From the NCBI GenBank assembly GCA_963720545.1, contig OY970399.1, positions 384,001-448,000 of the forward strand: 64,000 nucleotides of DNA, written 5' to 3'. Made by a program: the position numbers and the translations under genes. A model generated the notes under the pieces. It made no database searches. It was not told where the DNA came from and saw nothing but the letters and a program-made list of their open reading frames with translations. Positions 20,939 to 32,888 of this stretch are shown piece after piece (positions within the stretch are counted from its first letter, which is position 1; each line of letters starts with the position of its first letter). Origin of the DNA: an uncultured Acidobacteriota bacterium (GTDB lineage Bacteria; Acidobacteriota; Vicinamibacteria; Fen-336).

Positions 20939-21120
20939 TTGACTGAAGCCTGGGGTCGACTGAAGCCCAGGGTTGACTGAAGCCCAGGGTTGACTGAAGC
21001 CTAGGGTTGACTGAAGCCACGAGGCTTGACTCAGTCACTCTTCGGGCCCTGCCAACGACACGGGGCCCTCATCGGGTGTCACTCTTCGGGCCCTGCCAAC
21101 GACAAGAGGGCCTCATCGGG
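20939..21120. repeat. Composite repeat, right copy: 5 x 17-bp units + hairpin + two REP-like units with 44-bp period
   Basis: T[TC]GACTGAAGCC at 20939, 20956, 20973, 20990 and 21007; GTCACTCTTCGGGCCCTGCCAACGACA...CCTCATCGGG at 21034 and 21078. Confidence 0.9.
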
Positions 21121-21122
21121 CG

Positions 21123-23132
21123 CTAGTAAGCTCGAGTCACCGCAACGCCGGTGTAGTAGTGCTTCAGGATTTGCGACGCGGACGCGCCGCCGCGGGCCAT
21201 GCCGAAGGCGCCGACCTGGCACAGGCCGACGCCGTGGCCCCAGCCCTTGCCGGTGAAGACGAAGGACACCGAGCCTTCGGGGGTGCGCTCCTCGTCGAGC
21301 ACGAACAGGTTCTCGCGCAGGCCGAGGGCGAAGCGGATACGCAGGCCGCGCAGCGTGACGTCGCCGGCGTCGCCGCGCACCAGCAGCGATACGACGCGGC
21401 CGGAGACGCCGATCTGCGTCGGTTCGATGTGCGTCACGCGGCCCACCTTGCCGTCGGCAGCGATCGCCTTCGCGACCTGCTCGGGCGAGAGGCGCACCTC
21501 CCACCGGTAGTACTTCGAGCTGCGGTCGGAGGCGTCGCCCAGCAGGTTCTGGTTCGCCTCGAGGAAGCGCACACTGTCGCCGCGCACCACCGCGGTGACG
21601 GCATCGCCAGGGGCGAGCGAAACCCGCGACGCGGCGATGGGGTCGCCGCCGAGGCGGCGGAAGAGCGGCACGCCGGCGGGCACCGCGTAGCTGTCGTCGC
21701 TGTCCGCGGACGCGCGCCGCAGCGACACGCGGCCGGCGGACGTGGCGCGGTACTCCGCGGTGACGAGCGCGGGCGCGCCCATCTTCTCCACCACACCCGC
21801 CAGCAGGCGCGCGAACTCGCCGCGGGTGATGCGCGAATCGCCGCGCAGCCGGTTGTCGCCGGCGGGACGCAGCACGCCTTCCTGGATGAGCTGCACCGCC
21901 GCCACCTGCTCGTCGGCGCTCAGCTCGTTCGAGTCCTCAAGATCCAGCAGGTAGCGCGAGTCGCCGGGAGCGACCAGGCGCCGCCGCTCCTGCCAGCAGG
22001 AGCGATCGACCACGTAGCGGAAGACGCGACCGCGACGCGCGGTGACCTCTTCGTCATCCGCGGCACAAGGCTTGCGGCCGGCCGCCGACACGGCTTGCGC
22101 GGTCCACTCGGCGACCTCGCGTGCAGTCGGCGGCGTGCGCGTGTATGCGGTGTCGGTGGCGCGCCCGGTGGAAACGCCGAGCGCCGCGAGCAGCGCCAGG
22201 TCGCGCACCGCCGCCGCGTCGTCGAGGTTCGCCACCACTGCGCGGCCGCGAATCAGGCCCTCGCCATCGGCCTTCTCCGGCGAACACGCGACCCCGCGCA
22301 GGTACGAGACCGGCACGCCGGCGAACACGTTCTCGTTGTTCTCGGTGTGGCCGCCGCAGGTCGAGGTGTAGAGCGAGTTGATCGGCTGGCCTTCGACCGT
22401 CGCCACCAGGCCGCGGGTCTCCTCGACCGCCTGGTCGCTCAGCGGGTCCTCCGTCGACTTGCCCTTGTAGACCTGGCAGGCCGGCGTGGCGCAGATGTCG
22501 TAGCCCTGCGCCTCGAACTGCCCCTTGTTGCGAATCGCGTAGGTGCGCGCGGCGATCGCCTGCGCCTTGTGCGCCTCGAGCTCAGGAAAGCCCTTCGGCG
22601 ACAACTCGTTGGGGACGACGCCGCGCAGGTAGTCCTCGAGGCCGAGGACGTTGATGGCAGTGACGCCCTGCGCACCGAGCCTCACCTCAAAGGCGCCGCG
22701 GTACTCGGCGCCGTCGAGAGTCAGCGATTCTTCGGCCTGCGCCGGGATGACGCCGGCGCGGCTGGCGACGTCGCCGGTTTCGAGCAGGCGCACGCCGCGT
22801 GCGCCGCTCGGCGGCATGCCCTGCTGCAACACGAAGGTCGCTCGCGGCACGCGCCGCTCGACGCGGTTGCGGGTGCCGGGCACGATCAGCCAGACGGCGA
22901 CGCCGCTATCGGCGGCCAGCGATGCGCGCTTCGCGTCCACCGCCACACCGACGCGGATCGACGGCTTGGGCACCAGCGGCTCGAGGTCGAAGCCGTCGAC
23001 GGTGTGCGGCGGCGGCTGCGGACCGCGTCCCACCGAACGGCAGCTCGACGCGAGCGCGAAGGCGGCCAGCAGGACCGCTACGACCGTGGCAGTCCTGGAG
23101 CGGCCAAAGGTGCTGAGGATCGCCTTCACCAT
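21123..23132 (-). CDS. SpoIID/LytB-domain lytic transglycosylase, probable lipoprotein
   Basis: LEDYLRGVVPNE, AQAIAARTYA, CQVY and GKGWGHGVGLCQVGA motifs; lipobox-like LASSC. Confidence 0.9.
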   Translation of the reverse strand: MVKAILSTFGRSRTATVVAVLLAAFALASSCRSVGRGPQPPPHTVDGFDLEPLVPKPSIRVGVAVDAKRASLAADSGVAVWLIVPGTRNRVERRVPRATFVLQQGMPPSGARGVRLLETGDVASRAGVIPAQAEESLTLDGAEYRGAFEVRLGAQGVTAINVLGLEDYLRGVVPNELSPKGFPELEAHKAQAIAARTYAIRNKGQFEAQGYDICATPACQVYKGKSTEDPLSDQAVEETRGLVATVEGQPINSLYTSTCGGHTENNENVFAGVPVSYLRGVACSPEKADGEGLIRGRAVVANLDDAAAVRDLALLAALGVSTGRATDTAYTRTPPTAREVAEWTAQAVSAAGRKPCAADDEEVTARRGRVFRYVVDRSCWQERRRLVAPGDSRYLLDLEDSNELSADEQVAAVQLIQEGVLRPAGDNRLRGDSRITRGEFARLLAGVVEKMGAPALVTAEYRATSAGRVSLRRASADSDDSYAVPAGVPLFRRLGGDPIAASRVSLAPGDAVTAVVRGDSVRFLEANQNLLGDASDRSSKYYRWEVRLSPEQVAKAIAADGKVGRVTHIEPTQIGVSGRVVSLLVRGDAGDVTLRGLRIRFALGLRENLFVLDEERTPEGSVSFVFTGKGWGHGVGLCQVGAFGMARGGASASQILKHYYTGVAVTRAY

Positions 23133-23142
23133 GCGAACCCCG

Positions 23143-24096
23143 TCAGCCCTGCCGCTCGGCGTTGTAGACGAACGAGATCTGCAGCACCAGCCGCCGCGAC
23201 TTGAAGTCGGCCGGCAGCGGCAGCGGGCGGCTCGCGATCAGGGCGTTCTGCGCGGCGCGGTCGAGAGCCGCGACGCCGGAGGACTTGGCGAGGTTCGCGG
23301 CCGAGACGCGGCCGTCGCGCTCCACCACGAACTCGAAGTCGGCGTGCGTCCCGAACCCGAACATCGCCGACTGCGGCACGATCCAGTTGCGGTAGATCTC
23401 GCGGCGCAGGTGCTCCACCCAGTCGGTGAAGTCGGCGCCTTCCGGGTCGAAAAAGAGCGGCCCGATCTGCTTGCCGGTGCCGGTTGGCAGGCCCTGGCGG
23501 CCCAGGGCCTCGACGCGGCGTTCGGCCGAAGCCGCGATCGATTCGGATGGCGCCGTGAGCCGGGGCGGCGGCGTGGGGCCGGGGTCGCCGGCCGAAGGCA
23601 GCATCGGGCGGCCGAGGGCCGGCACCTTCTCGCCGGAAGCAGCGGTCTCGGCCGCGGAGGGCGTCGGCTGGGGCGACGCTCCTGCCTGGGCCTTGACCTC
23701 GGCAGTCGGCGGCTCCGGGGCCGGCGCCTGGCGGCGCAGCGTGTCGCCCTGGGCCATCAGCTTGCGCAACTCCTCATCACGTTTCAGCTCGAGGACCTTG
23801 GCCTTCTCCTTCGCCTGTGCGCCGACACTGATCCGGTCGCTTTGCGGTGGCGGTGTCGGCGGCGAGGACGGCGCCAGCCGCGGCTCAGGCTTCGGCGTCG
23901 GTGGCGGAGGTGCCAGCTGCCGCAGGACGGAGGCTGGCGGAGTCACCAGGCGCGCGACTTCGCGGTTGTCCTCGGCGGCCGTCGGCGGCGGTGTGCGTGC
24001 AGGCAGCAGCTGTTGGACCTCCATCAGGGACCCCACCAACATGATGTGGAAGATTGCCGAATAGAGGAAGATTTGACGCTGTAGGTTGTGTTTCAC
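23143..24096 (-). CDS. TonB/TolA-family energy transducer
   Basis: N-terminal TM with SAIFH (SxxxH), Pro-rich linker and TonB_C-like SSGVAALDRAAQNAL. Confidence 0.8.
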   Translation of the reverse strand: MKHNLQRQIFLYSAIFHIMLVGSLMEVQQLLPARTPPPTAAEDNREVARLVTPPASVLRQLAPPPPTPKPEPRLAPSSPPTPPPQSDRISVGAQAKEKAKVLELKRDEELRKLMAQGDTLRRQAPAPEPPTAEVKAQAGASPQPTPSAAETAASGEKVPALGRPMLPSAGDPGPTPPPRLTAPSESIAASAERRVEALGRQGLPTGTGKQIGPLFFDPEGADFTDWVEHLRREIYRNWIVPQSAMFGFGTHADFEFVVERDGRVSAANLAKSSGVAALDRAAQNALIASRPLPLPADFKSRRLVLQISFVYNAERQG

Positions 24097-24217
24097 GCGA
24101 CCGCCACATTCGACGGATCAGGCTAGCACGCCGTATGCGCGGGAAGGGCGTGAAAAGGTCCCTCCATGAAAACCTTAACCTTCTGTGAAGATTGGACTTA
24201 GCCAGACCGACAGAGTT

Positions 24218-25174
24218 TTACTGAGCGCCGCCCGCGGCGTGCCGCGTGATCGAGGCCACGATCCGCTCGCAGAGGTCCAGTGCCCGCCGCCCCGCCAGGC
24301 CCGCAACGAGAGGCTCGCTCCTCGTCCGAACCGAGTGGAGGAACGCCTGCAGCTGGCGCGTGAGCGGCTCCTCCTCCGGCGCCACCACCGTCGAGGCATC
24401 GATGCGGGGATTCTGCGGATCGGCCGAATCGATGAGCACCACCTGCGCTTCGCGCTTCACGAGGTCGGCCGAGACGTAGGTTCCAGGGGCGAAGACCCGG
24501 AACTTGCGGGTCTTGTCGAGTGAAACCCGGCTCGCTGTGAGGTTCGCGATGAGGCCGGAGCGGAAGCGCAGGCGGGCGCTGGCGATGTCGATCTTCGGGG
24601 TCAGCACGGCCACCCCGACCGCATCCACCTGCACCGCCTCCGAACCGTCGAGCGCCAGCACGATATCGAGGTCGTGGACCATGAGGTCGAGGATGACGTC
24701 GATGTCGAGGCTGCGGCCCGGAAAAGCGCCGAGGCGGTGCGCCTCGATGAAGCGCGGGCTTCCGGCATGCTGCTTCAGTACGTCCACCACCGGATTGAAA
24801 CGTTCGACGTGACCCACCTGCAGGATGCGCGAGCCGGAAGCGGCAAGCGCGATGAGCTCGTCCGCCTCGGCCAGGGTCGACGTCATCGGCTTCTCGACCA
24901 GGACGTCCACTCCGGCGCGCAGCGCGGCGGCGGCCGCCTCGTGATGGCCGTTCGTCGGCACCGCAATGCTGACGGCATCCACCTCGGAAAGCATGTGCGC
25001 GAGGCTCGCGAACACGCGGGTCCCATGCCGCTCTGCGATCTCGGCCGCGCGGCCTGGGTCGGCGTCGCAGATGCCAGCGAGCGAGCAGCCCGCAAGCGTG
25101 GCGTAGACGCGTGCATGATGCTGGCCAAGCGAGCCGACGCCGACGACGCCGACGCGCACCGCTCTCTCAACCAT
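24218..25174 (-). CDS. Gfo/Idh/MocA oxidoreductase (GnnA-like UDP-GlcNAc 3-dehydrogenase)
   Basis: GVGSLGQHHAR, VEKP, VGHVERFNP and DLMVHDLD motifs; directly downstream of lpxI. Confidence 0.85.
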   Translation of the reverse strand: MVERAVRVGVVGVGSLGQHHARVYATLAGCSLAGICDADPGRAAEIAERHGTRVFASLAHMLSEVDAVSIAVPTNGHHEAAAAALRAGVDVLVEKPMTSTLAEADELIALAASGSRILQVGHVERFNPVVDVLKQHAGSPRFIEAHRLGAFPGRSLDIDVILDLMVHDLDIVLALDGSEAVQVDAVGVAVLTPKIDIASARLRFRSGLIANLTASRVSLDKTRKFRVFAPGTYVSADLVKREAQVVLIDSADPQNPRIDASTVVAPEEEPLTRQLQAFLHSVRTRSEPLVAGLAGRRALDLCERIVASITRHAAGGAQ

Positions 25175-25988
25175 GCGCTTCGTCCGCTATGCCCCAGATC
25201 GAGATGCCGCGGGTGTTCGCCGCCACCAGGAACTCGGGCTTGTCGATGATGAGCGTCTTGCCCGCTTCGATGCCGAGCACCGCGGCCTGCGCCTGGGCCA
25301 GCACCTCGAGCGTCGCCATGCCCACGACCGGCACGTCGAAGCGCGGGTCCTGCCGCGGCTTCGCCAGCTTGACGACGACGCAGCCGGCGCCGGCCAGCGA
25401 CCCGGCGCGGCGCACGACCTCGTCGGTGCCCTCCATCGCCTCGACCGCCACCGCCGCCCGGTCCTTGACCACCACCGTCTGCCCCACGTCCACCGCGGTC
25501 AGCGCGCGTGCCAGCCCCAGCCCGTAGGCGAGGTCCTTCTGCTGGGCCGCGCTCGGCGCCGGGCCCGCCATGGCGCCCGGCGCGGCCATGAAGTCGGCAA
25601 GCAGCGACACCGACGACACCAGGCGGATGCCTTCCTTCGCCAGCGCGTCGGCGACACCGCCGATCAGGCTGTCGGTGTTCTGGAACGCGAGCCGCGCCAG
25701 CACCGCCATCAGCTTCAGGTCGGGCTTGATGTCGGAAAAGATCTTGCGGTGCTTCACCTGCCCGGCCATCACCGCTTCGCTGACGCCGGCGGCGTGGAAG
25801 GTGTCGATGCACTTGCCCAGCTGGCCGAGGCTCATCCAGTGGGCTTCGTCCGCCTCCGCCTCGATTTGCTCGGACGCCTCCTCGCGGATCGCGACCGCCA
25901 CCACGCGGCGCCCGCGCCGGCGCGCCTCGCGCGCGATCAGCAGCGGAAAGCGCCCGTTCCCGGCGATCAGGCCGAGCGGCGCGCTCAC
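25167..25988 (-). CDS. lpxI: UDP-2,3-diacylglucosamine diphosphatase LpxI
   Basis: LGLIAGNGRFP, DVGQTVVV, AVEAMEGTD and QDPRFDVPVVG motifs; GTG start overlaps the upstream TGA. Confidence 0.9.
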   Translation of the reverse strand: MSAPLGLIAGNGRFPLLIAREARRRGRRVVAVAIREEASEQIEAEADEAHWMSLGQLGKCIDTFHAAGVSEAVMAGQVKHRKIFSDIKPDLKLMAVLARLAFQNTDSLIGGVADALAKEGIRLVSSVSLLADFMAAPGAMAGPAPSAAQQKDLAYGLGLARALTAVDVGQTVVVKDRAAVAVEAMEGTDEVVRRAGSLAGAGCVVVKLAKPRQDPRFDVPVVGMATLEVLAQAQAAVLGIEAGKTLIIDKPEFLVAANTRGISIWGIADEAHG

Positions 25989-27289
25989 GAAGGCGGCGCT
26001 TCCTGCGGCTGCTTCGCGCGCTTGCGCCGGCTGAGGATGACGCCGCGCTGCGACGCCTTCACGAATGCGAGCACGCGCAGCACCTCTTCGCCGTGGCCGT
26101 CTTCGGCCTCGAGGGCGGCGACCGCCGCCGAGAGGTGCGTGGCCTGCGCCGACAACAGGCGGAAGGCGCGGCGGATGGCCTTGATCGCCGCGGGACTGAA
26201 GCCGCGCCGCGACAGGCCGACGCTGTTGGGTCCGTAGAAATAGGCGCGGTTGCCGACCGTCTTCGAGTACGGCAGCACGTCGCGAGTGGCGATGGTCGCG
26301 CCGCCCATGAAGGCGTGGGTGCCGATGCGGCAGAACTGGTGCACCGCCGAGAACGCCGATACCGTCGCCCAGTCCTCCACCAGCACGTGCCCGCCGAGCG
26401 TCGCGTTGTTGCCGAGGATGGTGTTGTCGCCCACCTGGCAGTCGTGCGCGATGTGCGCGTAGTTCATGATGTGGTTGCCGCTGCCGATGCGCGTCACCGA
26501 GCCGCCCTGCGCGGTGCCGCGGTTGACGGTGACGAACTCGCGGAAGGTGTTGCGGTCGCCGATCTCGAGGCGGGTGGGCTCGCCCGCGTACTTCAGGTCC
26601 TGCGCCGGCTGGCCGATCGAGGCGTACGGAAAGACACGGTTGCCGGCGCCCATCTTCGTGGGACCGGCGATCACCGCATGGGATTCGACGATGGTGCCGG
26701 GGCCGAGCTCGACGTCCTTGCCGATGACCGCGTAGGGCCCGATGCGCACGCCGTGCCCGAGCACGGCGCCGGGCGCCACCTGCGCGGTCTCGTGGACGTC
26801 GGGCGGCCGCAGGTGCTGCACCTGCAGCAGCAGGCGTGCCTCGGCGACGCGCGCGTCGCCGGCGCGGATCTCGCCGCGCATGCGGCACAGGCTGCCGCGG
26901 CGGTGGATCAGCGACACCTCGAGACGCAGGCGATCGCCGGGCACCACGGGTCGGCGGAACTTGGCGTCGTCGATGCCCACCACGTGCACCTCGAGCGCGT
27001 GCGCGTCGTCCGCCTGCTCGAGCAGCCAGATGCCGGCGGCCTGCGCCAGGCTCTCGAGCAGCAGCACGCCGGGCATCACCGGCGCACCGGGAAAGTGCCC
27101 CTCGAAGAACTCCTCCGCGGCGGTCACCGTCTTCGATGCCACGAGCCGCGCCTTCGGGTCGTACTCCAGGATCCGGTCGACCAGGATGAACGGGTACTGG
27201 CTGGGGATGCGGCGGATCAGCGTGCCGATGTCGATCGGCAGCTTCGCCGGCGCGTCGGGCGCGGGCGCTGCGGGTACCTGGAGGCTCAT
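25985..27289 (-). CDS. FabZ-LpxA fusion (3-hydroxyacyl-ACP dehydratase + UDP-GlcNAc acyltransferase)
   Basis: YPFILVDR, FEGHFPGAPVMPGVLLLE and VVPGD (FabZ) run in frame into hexapeptide repeats, QDLKY, REFVTVNRGT, AHIAHDC and VHQFCRIG (LpxA). Confidence 0.9.
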   Translation of the reverse strand: MSLQVPAAPAPDAPAKLPIDIGTLIRRIPSQYPFILVDRILEYDPKARLVASKTVTAAEEFFEGHFPGAPVMPGVLLLESLAQAAGIWLLEQADDAHALEVHVVGIDDAKFRRPVVPGDRLRLEVSLIHRRGSLCRMRGEIRAGDARVAEARLLLQVQHLRPPDVHETAQVAPGAVLGHGVRIGPYAVIGKDVELGPGTIVESHAVIAGPTKMGAGNRVFPYASIGQPAQDLKYAGEPTRLEIGDRNTFREFVTVNRGTAQGGSVTRIGSGNHIMNYAHIAHDCQVGDNTILGNNATLGGHVLVEDWATVSAFSAVHQFCRIGTHAFMGGATIATRDVLPYSKTVGNRAYFYGPNSVGLSRRGFSPAAIKAIRRAFRLLSAQATHLSAAVAALEAEDGHGEEVLRVLAFVKASQRGVILSRRKRAKQPQEAPPS

Positions 27290-27339
27290 GAAGAAGCGGC
27301 CGCCCCGGTTCTTGCGTCGAGCCGGGGCGGGACCCGCGC

Positions 27340-28059
27340 CTACTGCTTCGGCGTCGGGGTTGGCGTTGGCTTGGGCGCCGCCGGGCCGGCCGGCTTGGGC
27401 GCCGCGGCCGGCGCGCCGGCTGCCGGGGAAGCGGCGGCCGGTGCGGGTGCCGCCGCGGCGGCAGGAGCCGCCGGCGCCATCGCGTCGGCCTTCGCCACCA
27501 CCTCGGCGGAGATGTCGTAGGTCTTGTTGAACATCAGCGCCACCTGGTTGTCGATGATGATGTCGATGCCCTTGTCCTTGGCCACCGCGTCGATCACCGG
27601 CTTCAGCTTGCCCTGGAAGTCGGCCTGCAGCGTTGCCGCCTGGCCCTGCGCGCGCTCGCGCAGCCGCTGCAGCTCGCCCTGGCTGTCCTCGATGAAGGCC
27701 TGGCGGTCGCGGTTCTTCTTGACGATCTCCTGGCGCTTGCGCTCCTGCGCCTCGGGGCTCAGGGCCGTGCTCTGTTTGTCGAGCTCGTCCTGCAGGGTCT
27801 TGATCGAAGTGTCGATGCCTTCGAGCTCCTTCTGCTTGCCTTCGCCGCGGGCGTCGATGTCCTTGCGCAGCGCCTCGATCTGCGCCGCGTACGACTTGCC
27901 AAGCTTGCTTTCGGAGGAAACCCGGCCCATGTCGATGACGGCGATGCGCGGCGGCTTCGGGTCGGCCGCGGCGGCCGCGGTCTGCGCCTGCGCGTAAGGC
28001 GCCGATAACAGGGCCACTGCCGCAGCGGTGGTGAGCGACGAACGGAGCGACATTCTCAT
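27340..28059 (-). CDS. skp: OmpH/Skp periplasmic chaperone
   Basis: Signal peptide, RIAVIDM, coiled coil and YDISAEVV; follows bamA; Ala/Pro-rich tail. Confidence 0.9.
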   Translation of the reverse strand: MRMSLRSSLTTAAAVALLSAPYAQAQTAAAAADPKPPRIAVIDMGRVSSESKLGKSYAAQIEALRKDIDARGEGKQKELEGIDTSIKTLQDELDKQSTALSPEAQERKRQEIVKKNRDRQAFIEDSQGELQRLRERAQGQAATLQADFQGKLKPVIDAVAKDKGIDIIIDNQVALMFNKTYDISAEVVAKADAMAPAAPAAAAAPAPAAASPAAGAPAAAPKPAGPAAPKPTPTPTPKQ

Positions 28060-28068
28060 TTCCTCTCC

Positions 28069-30476
28069 TTAGAAGGTGGTGCCGATCGCGAACTTGAACA
28101 CGGATTTCTTGGTCCCGCTCGGGTTGGTCACGGGATCGTACGCCAGGAACGAGGGCACGTTGGGATTGCGCGCGTAGATCAGCCGGAACGGCACGTTCAG
28201 CACCGGCATGATGAAGCGCAGCTCCGCGCCGTAGGATACCTGCAGCTGGCGCAGGTTGATGTTGAAGCTGTCGTCGAACACCTGGCCGGCATCGCCGAAC
28301 AGCAGCAGGCGCAGCGGGCCGGCCACGTCGAAATAGTACTCGGCGTTGAACAGCAGCACCTTGTTGCCGCCCTCGGGGATGATCTCGTTCTTGTCGTTGC
28401 GCGACACCGGCCCGATGGTGCGGATGTCGTAGCCGCGCACCTGGTACTCGCCGCCGAGCCGCTGCAGGAAGCGCAGGTACGAGGTGAGCGTCGTCTGCCC
28501 TTCCGGCGAACGGTCGATGAGGTACGAGCCCTGCGCGCGCAGCCCGAGCGCCGTGCGCTTCCAGTGCGGGATGTAGACGATGCTCTCGAGCGTCGGCTGC
28601 ATGTAGTCGAGCGTGCCGCCGAGCGGGCCGCCGGCGTAGGTGAAGGTGGCGGTGTGCTTCATGCCGCTGCGCGGCTGGTACGGGTTGTCGGTTGAGTTGT
28701 AGACGAAGGACGGCGAGAAGCGGCTCTCGCGGCGCTTGCCGGTGAAGATGCTCGGGTCGAACAGCAGGCCGCCGGTGCTCTGGCCGGTGCCCGTGCCCGC
28801 CGGCAGCGTCGCCTCGATGACCTGGTACGAATAGGTCGGGAAGATGCGTGACCAGCGGCCCACCGGGAAGCCGTTGGTCAGCGTGACCCCCTTGCGATCC
28901 TCGCTGTAGCCGCCGTAGATCGTGTAGTCGGTGTTGCTCGCGAACAGGTCGATGCCGGCGGTGATCGGCCGATCGAACAGGTACGGCTCGGTGATCGCGA
29001 ACTGGTACGCCTTGGTACGGCCGCCGCGCTGCGCCGACAGCTGGAAGGTCTCGCCCGCGCCGAGGAAGTTGGAGGTGGAGAACGAGCTGTTGATGAAGGT
29101 GCCCTCGAGCCCGGAGACGCCGCCGCCGAACGTGAACTGGTTGCGGTTCTGCTCCTGCACCTTCATCTTGATGTCGAGCTTGTCCTCGCCGACGTCGCTC
29201 GGCAGCAGTTCGGGAGCGCCTTCCATCGGCTTGAAGTAGCCGAGCTGGTTGATGCGCCGGATCGAGAGCTTGAGCAGCTCGGTGTTGAAGACGTCGCCTT
29301 CGTTGAGGTACACCTCGCGGCGGATCACCTTGTCGCGGGTGGTGTCGTTGCCGCTGAAGCTGATGCGGCCGACGTAGTAGCGCTTGTCCTCGTCCATGTT
29401 GAGCGTGACGTTGACGATCTTCTTGGCGTCGTCGCGGTCGCGGTCGGTGCGCCCCTGCATCTGGAAGTAGCCCTGCGCGCCGTAGAACTCGCGGATTTTC
29501 TCGTAGCCCTTCTCGATGCGCGACTCGTTGTAGACGTCGCCCGGCTGCAGCTTGAACAGGCCGCGGATGCCTTCCTCCTTGAACACCGTGAGGCCGGCGA
29601 TCTTGACCGCGCCGACGCGGTACTGCTCGCCTTCGCTGACCGGAATCTCGAGCTTCACATCCTTCTTCGGCTTCTTGCCTTCGCGGCCGCCGTAGTAGCT
29701 GATGACCGGGCGGCCGATGGTGGCAGCGACGTAGCCGCGGTTCAGGAAGTAGTTCTGCAGGCGGCCGTAGTCGCCTTCCTGGCCGGTCCACTTGTCTTCG
29801 GTGAAGGTGTTCTTGCCGCCGAGCCAGCTGAAGTTCCAGAAGCGCCGCTCGCGGATCTTCTTCATCGAGCCGCGCAGGTCGGAGTCGGAGAACACCTTGT
29901 TGCCGACGAAGTCGATCTGCTTGACCACCGCCTTGGCGCCGTCCTCGATGACGAACGACACCTGCCGTCCGGCGCCGCCCGAGAGCACGCTCGCCTGCGT
30001 CTTCACGGTGCCGAACGGACGGCCTTTTTCCATCAGCATTTCCTTGATGATTTCCTCGACGCGGCGGATGCGCGAGGGGTCGTAGAAGCTGTCGACGCGG
30101 ATCGCGGCCTCGCGCTTCTTCAACTCGTCCTCGATCGTCGACTTGCTGAGCGCCTTGCTGCCGCGGAAATCCACGATCAGCACCCTGGGCCGCTCCTGCA
30201 CGATGAAGGTGACGATCTTGCCGCCGGCGGTGCCGTTGACCGAGTCGATGCGGATGTTGTCGAAAAAGCCGGTGTCCCACAGGCGGCGGAAGTCGACGCG
30301 CAGCTGCTCTTCACTGTAGGTGGCGCCCACCTTGGTGGTGACGTAATAGAGGATGGTGTCGCGCTGCAGGAACTGGTTGCCGCGGATCTCGATGCGCTCG
30401 ACGGCGGCCTCCTGCGCGGCGAGCGGCGGTGCCACCACGGCAACCGCGAGGCAGAGGGCGACGGCGAATTTCAGGA

Positions 30477-30480
<4 letters not shown>
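28069..30480 (-). CDS. bamA: Outer membrane protein assembly factor BamA
   Basis: POTRA domains (GNDTTRDKVIRRE), VRGY motif and C-terminal FKFAIGTTF. Confidence 0.95.

Positions 30481-32888
<2,408 letters not shown>

Noticed and set aside
18164..21120. CRISPR array interpretation of the tandem repeats
   Set aside because: Periods of 17-18 and 44 bp leave no unique spacers of 25-45 bp, and there are no cas genes in the window.
18164..21120. Canonical integron attC sites or composite transposon ends
   Set aside because: No clear RYYYAAC...GTTRRRY pair enclosing a long palindrome, and no integrase, transposase, terminal inverted repeats or target-site duplication seen.
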